NCBI GenBank assembly: GCA_041660105.1 | Contig: JBAZWZ010000001.1 | Span: forward strand, 523 to 64,522 | Length of the DNA stretch: 64,000 nucleotides | Origin: Minisyncoccota bacterium | GTDB lineage: Bacteria > Patescibacteriota > Minisyncoccia > Phycocordibacterales > UBA1550 | Reading direction: 5' to 3' | Part shown: positions 8,874 through 18,604 of the stretch, in pieces | How the letters are laid out: each line of letters starts with the position of its first letter | How positions within the stretch are numbered: position 1 is the stretch's first letter | Notes under the pieces: model-generated | Database searches by the model: none | Seen by the model: the letters and a program-made list of their open reading frames with translations, nothing else | Told to the model about the DNA's origin: nothing | Made by a program: the position numbers and the translations under genes

Positions 8874-9620
8874 TTAACGAGGCATAGACAATGGAAAACT
8901 TTTTTGTGGAACCTTCTTTATCCCAAACACATTCACCACACCGCCTTTCATTTCCCCTGCCACAAAGACAGTGTCTCCTACAACAATCCCCGTGGAGGTA
9001 GCGTATGGCGCTTTGTCATCAAGGACCAGCGTGAGCGTCGTCGTACTCCTCGTGTCTCGCACAACGATAGCACCGTCAACAATTGATTTTACTTTGCACA
9101 AGCAAAGAGCACTTCCTGGTCCGATGGGGTGGCGCACCCCGCGGTAAATGTCAAAAGGCTGTGAATGTTGGCGTCCTGCGTCTGAGCGACGGAGCATTCT
9201 CTCGTTCATATCCGTACCTCGGTCAATAGCAAACCCAAGAAGCCCGATACTCGCGAGGAGCCCTAAGAGTAAATAAAGTACGGGGATCTTGTAACCAAAT
9301 CTGAAATGGCGAACCAATCGCTCAAGAATAAAAATTAACGCAATATCAAGAATAAGGAGCCCCCACGGGAAAAAGTGGAAGAAGGCTCCCCATCCCCGCG
9401 GACCAAAGGAAAGTAACATCTCGTGACTGTTGATACGAATGCTAAACAAAATAAAGTTAATTATAAAAACAGAAATGAGAAGCACCGCGAGCGAGAGAAC
9501 GGCGGTGGAAACTACTTTGATAGTGAAATATAATTTCGGGCGCATCGAAAGCTCCTTTGTATGTATCTTGTGAAGGATTGCGTCTTTTATACTGCTTTGT
9601 TTTGTTTCGTTATTATTCAT
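8874..9620 (-). CDS. Membrane protein, putative anti-sigma factor
   Basis: Three TM segments; overlaps the end of the ECF sigma gene. Confidence 0.6.
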   Translation of the reverse strand: MNNNETKQSSIKDAILHKIHTKELSMRPKLYFTIKVVSTAVLSLAVLLISVFIINFILFSIRINSHEMLLSFGPRGWGAFFHFFPWGLLILDIALIFILERLVRHFRFGYKIPVLYLLLGLLASIGLLGFAIDRGTDMNERMLRRSDAGRQHSQPFDIYRGVRHPIGPGSALCLCKVKSIVDGAIVVRDTRSTTTLTLVLDDKAPYATSTGIVVGDTVFVAGEMKGGVVNVFGIKKVPQKSFPLSMPR

Positions 9621-10188
9621 AGTGCTTGTTCATTTTCTCATAAATTTCCTTCAGTGCCTCCTTTGCGCGCTTGAGACGTATACCGACCGTACCAGAAGGA
9701 ATTTGTAGGATGTCCGATATTTCTTTGTAGGACATCTCTTCAAGAAAGTGCAAGATGAGGACTTCACGATATTTTGGAGAAATTTTATCAAGCCCTTTAT
9801 CAATCATCACCCGCATCTCCTTCTGCTCACGCTCGAGCGGTGCGGGGTCATCATATACTGGGTGCGAAATCATCGTATCAAAATCAATAAGGATGAGCGG
9901 GTTGTATGAATTCTTTTTCAAACGGTTTACAAACGCGTTGTGTGCAATGCGATAAATCCACGGAGAAAAACGCTGTGCTGTATCAAAACTTTGAATATTC
10001 TGATATGCGCTCACGAAGACATCTTGCACGATGTCTTGGATATCCTCGTGACGCGCAAGGAACTTACGTCCGTATCGCAGAAGCTTAGCCTCGTATCGCT
10101 CAACGAGTACACCAAATTGGTTGATGTCCCCCTTTTGCACGAGGGAGACAAACTCTTCGTCGGTCATATCTCGATGTAGGTGGTCCAT
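9613..10188 (-). CDS. ECF (sigma-70 group 4) sigma factor
   Basis: DIVQDVF, FSPWIYRIAHN and SYKEISDILQIPSGTV regions 2 and 4; start 10188 or 10203. Confidence 0.93.
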   Translation of the reverse strand: MDHLHRDMTDEEFVSLVQKGDINQFGVLVERYEAKLLRYGRKFLARHEDIQDIVQDVFVSAYQNIQSFDTAQRFSPWIYRIAHNAFVNRLKKNSYNPLILIDFDTMISHPVYDDPAPLEREQKEMRVMIDKGLDKISPKYREVLILHFLEEMSYKEISDILQIPSGTVGIRLKRAKEALKEIYEKMNKHYE

Positions 10189-10252
10189 CTGAGTATTATA
10201 CAATACTGTCTAATATATATTTCACACTACAGATTTTTCTATTGTTGCACTC

Positions 10253-10687
10253 TCATTGGGACTGTTCCAGCGGGCGGATCTGGACTGACTGGGCGGTGAC
10301 ACTGCCGTCGGCGTTTGTTGTTCCGATTACCGTTACACTTGTTCCTGTTGCGAGGTCAGCTTGCGTCCCTGTTGTGGACTTTGCAATCTGCGTTGTGCCA
10401 CTAACCAAAACAATCTTTGAACTTCCGTCTGGTGCCTTCACGGTGATACTCGTTGCATCCTTTGAAATGATTTCTCCTGCAACGACTCCGTTGCCACGCA
10501 TCCCTCGTGTTGCACCCCCTTGTCCACCAAACTGATTTCCTGAGCCCATCATCCCTGGCTGTCCGAATTGTCCACGTGCGGGGATGCTACTTTTTGAATA
10601 CATTGTTCCTGCATAAAAGGAAATGATCACTGCTACGACCAAGATACCAACATTTGTAATATTCTTTTTATTTTTAAAGTATTCCAT
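10253..10687 (-). CDS. Membrane-anchored OB-fold-like (DUF5666-like) protein
   Basis: N-terminal TM, Gly-rich linker, GEIISKD...VIGTTNADGSVTAQSVQI. Confidence 0.65.
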   Translation of the reverse strand: MEYFKNKKNITNVGILVVAVIISFYAGTMYSKSSIPARGQFGQPGMMGSGNQFGGQGGATRGMRGNGVVAGEIISKDATSITVKAPDGSSKIVLVSGTTQIAKSTTGTQADLATGTSVTVIGTTNADGSVTAQSVQIRPLEQSQ

Positions 10688-10736
10688 ATTTTTATTATAA
10701 TTTTGACTTTAGGACTTTTGACTTTCGACTGGTTTC

Positions 10737-11963
10737 CTATTCGTATCGCATCGCTTCGATAGGATTCAAGTTTGCGGCGCGACGCGCTGGATAATATCCA
10801 AACACGATACCCGTCATTGCAGAAACTCCAAACGCCAGTATCACCGAAGTAAGTGAGACACTTGTTTTTACGAGCCCGGACAGGTTGACCACATACGATA
10901 TTCCCCACCCGAGCATAATCCCCGCGAGTCCGCCAATCACCGTGAGGGCGACAGCCTCGGCGAGAAACTGTGTCGAGATGTCTTTTTTCTTTGCACCTAT
11001 CGCTTTGCGAAGCCCTATCTCACGCGTGCGCTCAGTCACCGTCGTAAGCATCATATTCATAATACCGATACCACCCACGAGAAGTGAGATACCACCAATA
11101 GCAGCAAGGAGTGTCGTGAGTGTCGAAGTAACCCCTGACGCCGTCGCGAGAATATCGTTTTGATTCATAATACTAAAATCAGCAGCGGTGGAGTCACTTA
11201 TTTTGTGCCTATTCAAAAGAAGCGCTGTAATATCTTCCTGCACTTGGGACATTGCATCCTTGCTTGCTGCCTGTACCGCAATAGTGCTCAGATATTTGTC
11301 CCCCGAGAAGTATCGCTCAGAGCTCATCACGGGGATAAATATCACATCATCCTGACTCTGGAAACCAGTCCCACCCTTTGCGACCGTGACACCAACAACT
11401 TTGAACTCAAGCCCCTTGATACGGATACTCTTGCCCACCACATCAGTCGCATCAGCACCAAAGAGATCATCGCGCGTCGTCGGACCTATCACAGCAACTT
11501 TTGCTGCTGCTTCATTTTGCGCATCGGTAATAAAATTTCCCTCAGCAATTTCCACATTGCGAATCTGTGGATACGCTGAGGTAACACCCGTGACACTCGT
11601 GTTGGTGTTGGTCCCCTTCGCGGTTACTTGATACCTTCCTGACACTTGCGAATCGACCGCTAAAACATTTTCAATTTCGGTTGCAATGGCCTTCGCATCT
11701 TCGTTGGTGAGCGTTTTCGCGTTGCCACGTCCTCCACTCGCTCCAAATCCCTGCGTGCGCTGTGCCCCTGGCGTAACCTGAATCAAGTTTGAACCGAGAG
11801 ACTCGATACTTGAGGAGATACTGTTTGATGCGCCGGTGCCGATAGACACCATCGCGATAACCGAAGAAATACCGATCACAATACCAAGCATCGTGAGCCC
11901 AGAGCGAGCCTTGTTGGCAGAGAGCGCCGTGTATGTTTCGTGAATTATGTCGTTGACTTTCAT
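10737..11963 (-). CDS. MacB/FtsX-like ABC permease
   Basis: LTMLGIVIGI and VGGIGIMNMML..VTERTREIGLRKAIGA motifs. Confidence 0.93.
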   Translation of the reverse strand: MKVNDIIHETYTALSANKARSGLTMLGIVIGISSVIAMVSIGTGASNSISSSIESLGSNLIQVTPGAQRTQGFGASGGRGNAKTLTNEDAKAIATEIENVLAVDSQVSGRYQVTAKGTNTNTSVTGVTSAYPQIRNVEIAEGNFITDAQNEAAAKVAVIGPTTRDDLFGADATDVVGKSIRIKGLEFKVVGVTVAKGGTGFQSQDDVIFIPVMSSERYFSGDKYLSTIAVQAASKDAMSQVQEDITALLLNRHKISDSTAADFSIMNQNDILATASGVTSTLTTLLAAIGGISLLVGGIGIMNMMLTTVTERTREIGLRKAIGAKKKDISTQFLAEAVALTVIGGLAGIMLGWGISYVVNLSGLVKTSVSLTSVILAFGVSAMTGIVFGYYPARRAANLNPIEAMRYE

Positions 11964-12670
11964 ATTGTTAATTGATGAATCTTCTGTTTTGTGTTTTTCA
12001 CATCAGAGACAATGGCTCCGTCGCGTACGGTAATGATACGCTCAGCGTACGCTGCGACATCAGGCTCGTGGGTGATGAGGATGATCGTGCTCCCTTGTTC
12101 CTTGTTGAGCTTTTGAAAAGTACCGAGGACGATTTCCCCAGTCTTGGTGTCGAGGTTGCCTGTCGGCTCATCAGCAAGAATAAGTGAAGGATTATTCACC
12201 AGTGCGCGAGCAATAGCAACACGTTGTACTTGCCCTCCAGAAATCTCATTGCTCTTGTGTCCAAAGTGCGTCTCGGTGAGACCCGCAGAATGAAGCGCCG
12301 CAACTGCTCTCTCTTCTCTCTCTCCCTCGGCAACACCCGCATACACGAGAGGAAGCATCACATTGCGAAGCACGGTCGTGCGTGGAAGAAGGTTGAACGC
12401 TTGAAAAACAAAACCAACTTTCTCATTGCGGATATCCGCAAGCGTCTCATCATCAAGTGTCGAGACATCGCGGTCGTCGAGATGATAGGTGCCACTCGTC
12501 GGCGTGTCGAGACATCCGAGGATATGCATGAGCGTCGACTTGCCCGAACCCGATGGCCCCATAATGGCAACAAACTCACCGTCTTTGATAGTAAAGGAAA
12601 CACCCTTGAGCGCTTGGAACGCCGTGTCGCCTGTCCCGTATTTCTTTGTGATGTTTTTTACTTCAATCAT
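11960..12670 (-). CDS. ABC transporter ATP-binding protein (MacB/LolD-like)
   Basis: [24 protein letters not shown]. Confidence 0.95.
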   Translation of the reverse strand: MIEVKNITKKYGTGDTAFQALKGVSFTIKDGEFVAIMGPSGSGKSTLMHILGCLDTPTSGTYHLDDRDVSTLDDETLADIRNEKVGFVFQAFNLLPRTTVLRNVMLPLVYAGVAEGEREERAVAALHSAGLTETHFGHKSNEISGGQVQRVAIARALVNNPSLILADEPTGNLDTKTGEIVLGTFQKLNKEQGSTIILITHEPDVAAYAERIITVRDGAIVSDVKNTKQKIHQLTI

Positions 12671-12674
12671 AAAT

Positions 12675-14447
12675 TTAGAGTCCTCGTAGTGCGCCCATCC
12701 CTGGTGCTCCGCCAGCGTTCGTCCTCGTGTTTCCTGTTGTTGTCGTTGTTGTTTTTGATGTAATCGTGCGTGTTATAATTTGTTCTCCCTCGGTGAGTCC
12801 TGATAATATTTCAACATTGGTATCATCTGAAATACCTGTCGTTACTTCAACTTGCTGTGGGGCTACCGCAGAGACGACGCCCTGAGTTCCTCCCGTCACC
12901 GCAAGCGCTGGAGAAAATACTTGCGCATAACTTACGCTATTTTGTGTCTTGATAGCGCTTGATGGCACAACAAGTACATCCTGTTTTACAGCGGTCTGAA
13001 TGGAAGCATTTACCGTCATCCCCGACTTGATGCGTGTGTCCTGAGTGTCAAAACCGATCTTAATATTGTACGAAACCACGCCACTACTTACTGTCCCCGC
13101 TGCATCAACCTCAGCTACCTTCCCCGTAAGGGTGAGGTCTTCAATCGCGTCAAAGGTGAGTGTCACCTTTTGTCCCACATTTACTTTTGCGGCGTCTACT
13201 TCGTTGAGCGTGAGCGCTGCTATCTTTTGAGTAGTGAGGAGGCTCGCGGCTGAAGTCCCCGTCGATACAGTATCAAACTGCTTCACATTGAAGGTCGCGA
13301 GAGTCCCTGCAAAAGGAGCGGTGATGGTGTAGTTGGCGAGGTCATCTTTGAGCTCGGCAAGCTTGCGCTCTTGGTCCGCAATACTGTACTGCGAAGACTG
13401 AAGGCTGATAGGATTGTTGCCGTCTGGATTACCTATTTTATAAATGGTAATGGACGTCTCATTGTCGCGAATTGTTTTCTTGGTCGCATCGAGTGTTTTT
13501 TGCTGGTTAAGGAGAGCGCTCAAGTTTGAGTTGGCCGTAGCAAGGTATGCGCGTGTGTTCGTGCGCATCGTATTCACTACTGTCGGCACGGGGCGTGAGT
13601 ATGTCGTGCCATAATCAATCACGGCATCGAGAAGATTGAGCTCACTCTGGAGAGCCTGCGCGATAGATGTCGTAGTGTCGATAGATGCTCCGAGCTGTTT
13701 CTCAAGTTCTGTTGTATTTGAGTAACGCGTAAGTGTCTTGTAGTCGATGATTGCTTGATCATACTTCGCGCGGGCAGTCGCATAATCCCGCACCGCAACA
13801 TCCGCGAACAAATTCATCGAGTCAGAATTGTTTGCAAAATTTCTAAAATAATCTACGTTATACTGACTCCTGTTGGGACTCAGGTCATATCCGTGAAGCG
13901 TATTATCCATTCCGGTAACCGCAGAGGGCAGATCGAGGTACGCCGTCGAGAGTGTATTAAATGTATCGTTGTATGTTGTCGTTAAATCTGTTTTTGCGGT
14001 CGCAAGTGACTCAAGTGATTTCTGGTAGTCGATAGGTGCTTGGGACTGGTCTTTTTGAAACTGGAGCCTTGCTTGAGCAAGAGAATTTTCTGCGTCAGCA
14101 ACATCCTGCTTTGCGGTCGTCGCATCAATCTGTGCGAGTGCCTGCCCAGCGTAAACGGTCTGCCCTGCTTTTACATACACGGCAGTGACTTCTCCTGCGG
14201 CCTTTGGCTTGAGGTCGAGCTGATTGAGAGCCGAAACCTGCCCGCTCGCTGATACAGAAGCAACGATAGTCCCCTTCGTCACGGTGCCCAATACATAACG
14301 AGGCTGTGCGGTCGTCGAGGTGAGATTGCCATACACGGTATAGCCGACCCAAATAACAACAACAGCGACTATTCCACTGATAATCTTGTGCGCTTTAATT
14401 TTTGCGACCATACCGCGCACCGGGACACGTGTTGAATGATTTTCCAT
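12675..14447 (-). CDS. MacA/HlyD-like membrane fusion adaptor with long helical insert
   Basis: Lipoyl-like halves (GEVTAVYVKAGQ; ITAPFAG) and SGMTVNASI. Confidence 0.85.
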   Translation of the reverse strand: MENHSTRVPVRGMVAKIKAHKIISGIVAVVVIWVGYTVYGNLTSTTAQPRYVLGTVTKGTIVASVSASGQVSALNQLDLKPKAAGEVTAVYVKAGQTVYAGQALAQIDATTAKQDVADAENSLAQARLQFQKDQSQAPIDYQKSLESLATAKTDLTTTYNDTFNTLSTAYLDLPSAVTGMDNTLHGYDLSPNRSQYNVDYFRNFANNSDSMNLFADVAVRDYATARAKYDQAIIDYKTLTRYSNTTELEKQLGASIDTTTSIAQALQSELNLLDAVIDYGTTYSRPVPTVVNTMRTNTRAYLATANSNLSALLNQQKTLDATKKTIRDNETSITIYKIGNPDGNNPISLQSSQYSIADQERKLAELKDDLANYTITAPFAGTLATFNVKQFDTVSTGTSAASLLTTQKIAALTLNEVDAAKVNVGQKVTLTFDAIEDLTLTGKVAEVDAAGTVSSGVVSYNIKIGFDTQDTRIKSGMTVNASIQTAVKQDVLVVPSSAIKTQNSVSYAQVFSPALAVTGGTQGVVSAVAPQQVEVTTGISDDTNVEILSGLTEGEQIITRTITSKTTTTTTGNTRTNAGGAPGMGALRGL

Positions 14448-14647
14448 TATATTTAGTATTTACCCACCTAACTTTTAGTTATTAAATATTGTTTCTAATA
14501 AATCTATATTCACCTGCCATTGTTATGTTACTAAAAGTTGGGCGGGTGAAAATTACTTGGAGTCAAAAGACTCATTACCCTGACTACTACAACTGAGCGA
14601 TAAAATATATTTCACTCTTATACATATAGTGTAGCACGTCGTTCGCT

Positions 14648-16669
14648 CTACCCGACTATGCTTTTGCGACGGAGGAGAAGTGCATTCAGGGCGACAACAA
14701 CAGTCGAAACACTCATAAGCACCGCGGCAAGCGCTGGCTCAAGAACAATTCCCCATGGTGCGAGCACACCCGCGGCAAGAGGAAGCGCCACAATATTGTA
14801 TCCCGTTGCCCAATAAAGATTTTGAATCATTTTAGTATACGTAAACTGGGATAGCCGAATAATTTTAGGAATATCGCGAGGGTCATTTTTTACGAGAATT
14901 ATACCCGCTGACTCTATAGCCACATTTGTCCCCGCGCCAATAGCAATGCCGAGGTCTGCCTGCATGAGTGCAGGGGCATCATTGACCCCATCTCCCACCA
15001 TAGCAACTTTGTGACCACGCTCTTGAAGCATTTTTACTTTTTCTGATTTCTCGCTTGGTAAGACTCGAGCAAAATATTCATCAATACCAAGGTCACGCGC
15101 TACCCATGCGGCAACGTCCGGAGCGTCTCCCGTAATCATCGCGGTGCGGATCCCCATATCACGGAGCTCTCGTATTGCTTCGCGCGATTCTTCGCGGATA
15201 ACATCTGCAAGCGCAACGGCCCCCACGAGACTTCCACTTGAGGCAACAAAGATAACCGTCTTGCCCTCACTTTCGAGACTATGTGTTTTCAAAAGCATTT
15301 CAGGTGGCAAAGCAATAGAATATTCCTGCATAAGTGTCTCATTACCTGAGACGACAACTCCTCCATCAGTATCACCACGTGCACCCTTCCCCGCAATGCG
15401 TTCGAAGTTTACTACGGGACGAGGAACAATATTTCTTTTTCGCGCCTCTGACACAACCGCTTTTGCAAGAGGATGCTCGGAGTCGTTGTTGAGTGATGCG
15501 GCTTTTGTTAGTACATCTTGTTCAGTAAAAAATGTTGCGGGAATAACTGCCGAAACCCCAAACGTTCCCTCCGTGAGTGTCCCTGTCTTGTCAAAAAGAA
15601 TCATATCTATAGTGCGCGCAGATTCAAGAGAAAGACGCTGGCGGACAAGGAAGCCATTGCGCGCGGCCATTGTCGTTGAAATAGAGGCAACGAGTGGCAC
15701 CGCAAGTCCAAGGGCGTGTGGGCACGCAATGACAAGCACCGCAACAAGTCGCTCGGTGGCAGTAGCAACACCCGCACCAAGGAGTATCCACGCAACAAAA
15801 GTAATCACACCAGACACCACTGCAATCATCGTCAAATAAAAGGCAGCACGGTCTGAGAGAATTTGTAACCGTGATTTGCTTGCTTCTGCTTCAGATACTA
15901 ACCGCATCACCCCAGCAAGGAACGTAGTCTCACCTATCTTCTCCACCTCTACAATCAAGCCCCCATCACCATTAATGGATCCTGCAATTACCACGTCCCC
16001 ATTCTTCTTTATGATGAGTTTTGACTCCCCCGTAATGATTGATTCATTGAGCTCTGACTGTCCTTCAATAACGACACCATCAGCAGGAACCTTTGCTCCC
16101 GGACGAACAAGAACATGGTCGCCCACTACAAGTTCAGATAATGGGATGGTGGATCTTGTACCATTACGCTCAACCACTGCGGTGTCGGGTAAAAGCTTGG
16201 CAAGTTCACTGAGCGCCCCTTGTACCCCCTGAACCGCCTTCATCTCTATGTAGTGACCGAGGAGCATTATTGCAATCAACGTCGAAAGCTCCCAAAATAG
16301 TGTATGTGATGTTCCCGACAATACAGCAAACACGCTGTATGAATATGCTGCAGTGATAGCGAGCGCAATAAGGGACATCATCCCTGGCAACCGCGCACGA
16401 AGCTCTCGATATGCACCTTTCAAAAATACTGAACCTCCATAAAAATATACAAATGAGCCGAGGAGGAATATGAAGTATTGTGCGCCTTCAAACTGTGGCG
16501 GCTGCCAAGTAGACACGAAAGCAAATATCTCTGAATACAAAATGATGGGAATTGTAAATATGAGTACAAACCAAAATTTTCTCAAAAAATCTTGTGCGTG
16601 ATGCCCTGCGTGTTTATTGACCGTTGCATGGTCATGCACCATATTCATCTTCCCGTGTTCGTGCTCCAT
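14648..16669 (-). CDS. copB: P1B-type heavy-metal ATPase, CopB-like (His-rich N-terminus, CPH)
   Basis: IACPHALGLA, DKTGT, TGES, GDGVND; start reassigned to MEHEH. Confidence 0.9.
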   Translation of the reverse strand: MEHEHGKMNMVHDHATVNKHAGHHAQDFLRKFWFVLIFTIPIILYSEIFAFVSTWQPPQFEGAQYFIFLLGSFVYFYGGSVFLKGAYRELRARLPGMMSLIALAITAAYSYSVFAVLSGTSHTLFWELSTLIAIMLLGHYIEMKAVQGVQGALSELAKLLPDTAVVERNGTRSTIPLSELVVGDHVLVRPGAKVPADGVVIEGQSELNESIITGESKLIIKKNGDVVIAGSINGDGGLIVEVEKIGETTFLAGVMRLVSEAEASKSRLQILSDRAAFYLTMIAVVSGVITFVAWILLGAGVATATERLVAVLVIACPHALGLAVPLVASISTTMAARNGFLVRQRLSLESARTIDMILFDKTGTLTEGTFGVSAVIPATFFTEQDVLTKAASLNNDSEHPLAKAVVSEARKRNIVPRPVVNFERIAGKGARGDTDGGVVVSGNETLMQEYSIALPPEMLLKTHSLESEGKTVIFVASSGSLVGAVALADVIREESREAIRELRDMGIRTAMITGDAPDVAAWVARDLGIDEYFARVLPSEKSEKVKMLQERGHKVAMVGDGVNDAPALMQADLGIAIGAGTNVAIESAGIILVKNDPRDIPKIIRLSQFTYTKMIQNLYWATGYNIVALPLAAGVLAPWGIVLEPALAAVLMSVSTVVVALNALLLRRKSIVG

Positions 16670-16734
16670 ATATGTATATGATACCACGAGCAAAACAAAA
16701 AGCGCGGGCCCAAAATCTGGGCACGCGCTTGTGA

Positions 16735-17466
16735 TCACTTGCGGATCAATACGAACTGGATGTCCTCCTTCAGGGTTGCCCACAAAGAGATGAACTTTTT
16801 ATCAAACGAAGCTCCATTCCACGTGGCGGCGACAACGTGAGGCACGGAGCCGATCATCACGGTTGTCCCCACGAAGACATTTGCCTTGCCATTCTTGAAA
16901 TCACGAGGAACTTCATCGAGGTGCTCTTCGAGGTACATCAATTGCCTGATGTCGGAAGAATAATATTCAACATTCTTCACCATAACATCACAGGCAAGCT
17001 TGATGAGCTTCCCCGCATACATCGGCCCCACGCGTGCCACCTGACGGACAACGGAAACCTGATAGTGAGCAATCTCGCTTAGGGGAATATCAAACATCCC
17101 CTCTGTGAGCGTATACCCTCCCCAATGTTCTTCATCAGGCTTCAACTCAAACGCCTTGTTGTTGGGAAGGGATTGCCCCACGAGGCGTTCTGTTGCGACC
17201 ATTTCGTTGAGCACGCGCGTATACCAGCCAAGTGTGTACGGCACCAATGTTGGCACCGCAAGCATCTTGAACGGACAGTTATGGTAGCAGAAACGAATCA
17301 GCTCATCAACATACTTGTTGATACTTGCCAGCTGTTCTTTCCCCGCGAGAGATGGTTCCCTCTTTTCTTCGGGGGTTTCATTAAGCGGCAAAGACCCGGG
17401 TCCGAGCCATGGTTCCTTGTTCTTGAAACGCCGATTTGTTGCACTCACTTCATCGATTTCAGGCAT
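16735..17466 (-). CDS. Hypothetical protein
   Basis: 243-aa ORF with AAGGAGG RBS. Confidence 0.65.
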   Translation of the reverse strand: MPEIDEVSATNRRFKNKEPWLGPGSLPLNETPEEKREPSLAGKEQLASINKYVDELIRFCYHNCPFKMLAVPTLVPYTLGWYTRVLNEMVATERLVGQSLPNNKAFELKPDEEHWGGYTLTEGMFDIPLSEIAHYQVSVVRQVARVGPMYAGKLIKLACDVMVKNVEYYSSDIRQLMYLEEHLDEVPRDFKNGKANVFVGTTVMIGSVPHVVAATWNGASFDKKFISLWATLKEDIQFVLIRK

Positions 17467-17804
17467 TTTCGCCTCCTTTTGTTCGTTATTTACAAAGAAC
17501 CAAGATTGGTTCAGCTAATGCAATGATACCACAGGATTATCAATTCTGTCAAGTTGTCCACAGGTCCTAATTAAGATGAGGAAACTACTCCTGCCCAAGT
17601 TTAAACCCGAGCCAGATACCAAGCAGACCGCCGACAAACGAAAAGAACACTGATGTATACGAGAAGCCATTATCTCCCCAGAGCATCGGCAAGTATGCAC
17701 CCGCAAATCCACCAATCGTCATAAAAATCCAAATGAGTGATTTCATATAACTATTGTATCATCACTCAAACAAAATGCCCCGACCTTGCGGTCGGGGCAT
17801 AAAA

Positions 17805-18200
17805 CTAGCGATGTTCAATAATGAGTCCAGGAACGAGCTCTGCGCACACTTCCGCCAAAATACGACGATGACAATGCTCGGCAGAATCTTCAATACACAA
17901 GAAAGTAAAGTTATCGTGTCGTGCCAAATACGCAATTTCCCACAGCTCACGCTGTGTCGTCGGATTGCTTAGTTGTTCGCGGAAACGTTCTTCATATACT
18001 TCCCACGATATTTCCTTGCGTAGATATGCACCAATGAGTTTTGGTGTCGGCGCAAACTGAGGATAGTGCAAATAGAATGATTCTTTCGTTATCCTGTTGT
18101 CAGGCGTCTTCCCATCCTGGAACGTGTGCCTGCTCATCACCGAGATTCGCAGACCATCTTCTTCCTCAACTGGTGCCAAAATACATTTCGTAATTAACAT
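17805..18200 (-). CDS. DUF488 family protein
   Basis: DGLRISVM, APT..L, FLCIE...CHRRIL. Confidence 0.82.
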   Translation of the reverse strand: MLITKCILAPVEEEDGLRISVMSRHTFQDGKTPDNRITKESFYLHYPQFAPTPKLIGAYLRKEISWEVYEERFREQLSNPTTQRELWEIAYLARHDNFTFLCIEDSAEHCHRRILAEVCAELVPGLIIEHR

Positions 18201-18209
18201 ACCTTCCTC

Positions 18210-18479
18210 CTATTTTTGAAATTTCGGTTTACGAACAACAACAAACTCAAAATCAGGGTCGAGCCAGATTTTGTTGATGATTTTTGCAATCACATCGGGT
18301 GTATGGTTCCGAAAAAGAACGTGCCATGCACGATGCTTTTTAATGGGAACCTTCGAAATATTCTGGGGGATTGATTTCCCCTCACGAGAACGCGGCTTTC
18401 TGTGGTGCTCAGTCATCTCAGCTTGCTGTCGCCTGAAGGCTGATTCTTTCAACATCCTCTGCACTTTACCATTTGGCAT
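18210..18479 (-). CDS. Small HNH-like protein
   Basis: HHRKPRS.EG....N......HRAWH pattern; AAGGAGG RBS. Confidence 0.55.
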   Translation of the reverse strand: MPNGKVQRMLKESAFRRQQAEMTEHHRKPRSREGKSIPQNISKVPIKKHRAWHVLFRNHTPDVIAKIINKIWLDPDFEFVVVRKPKFQK

Positions 18480-18604
18480 ATTGCCTCCTTATGCTGACTT
18501 TTATTGACTACTGTTGACCTTCGCTCAGACTACCACGCAGTATGCCATTACGTCAATTACAAAACCCTCATCGGGTCAAATGCGCGGAAATGACCCGATG
18601 GAGC

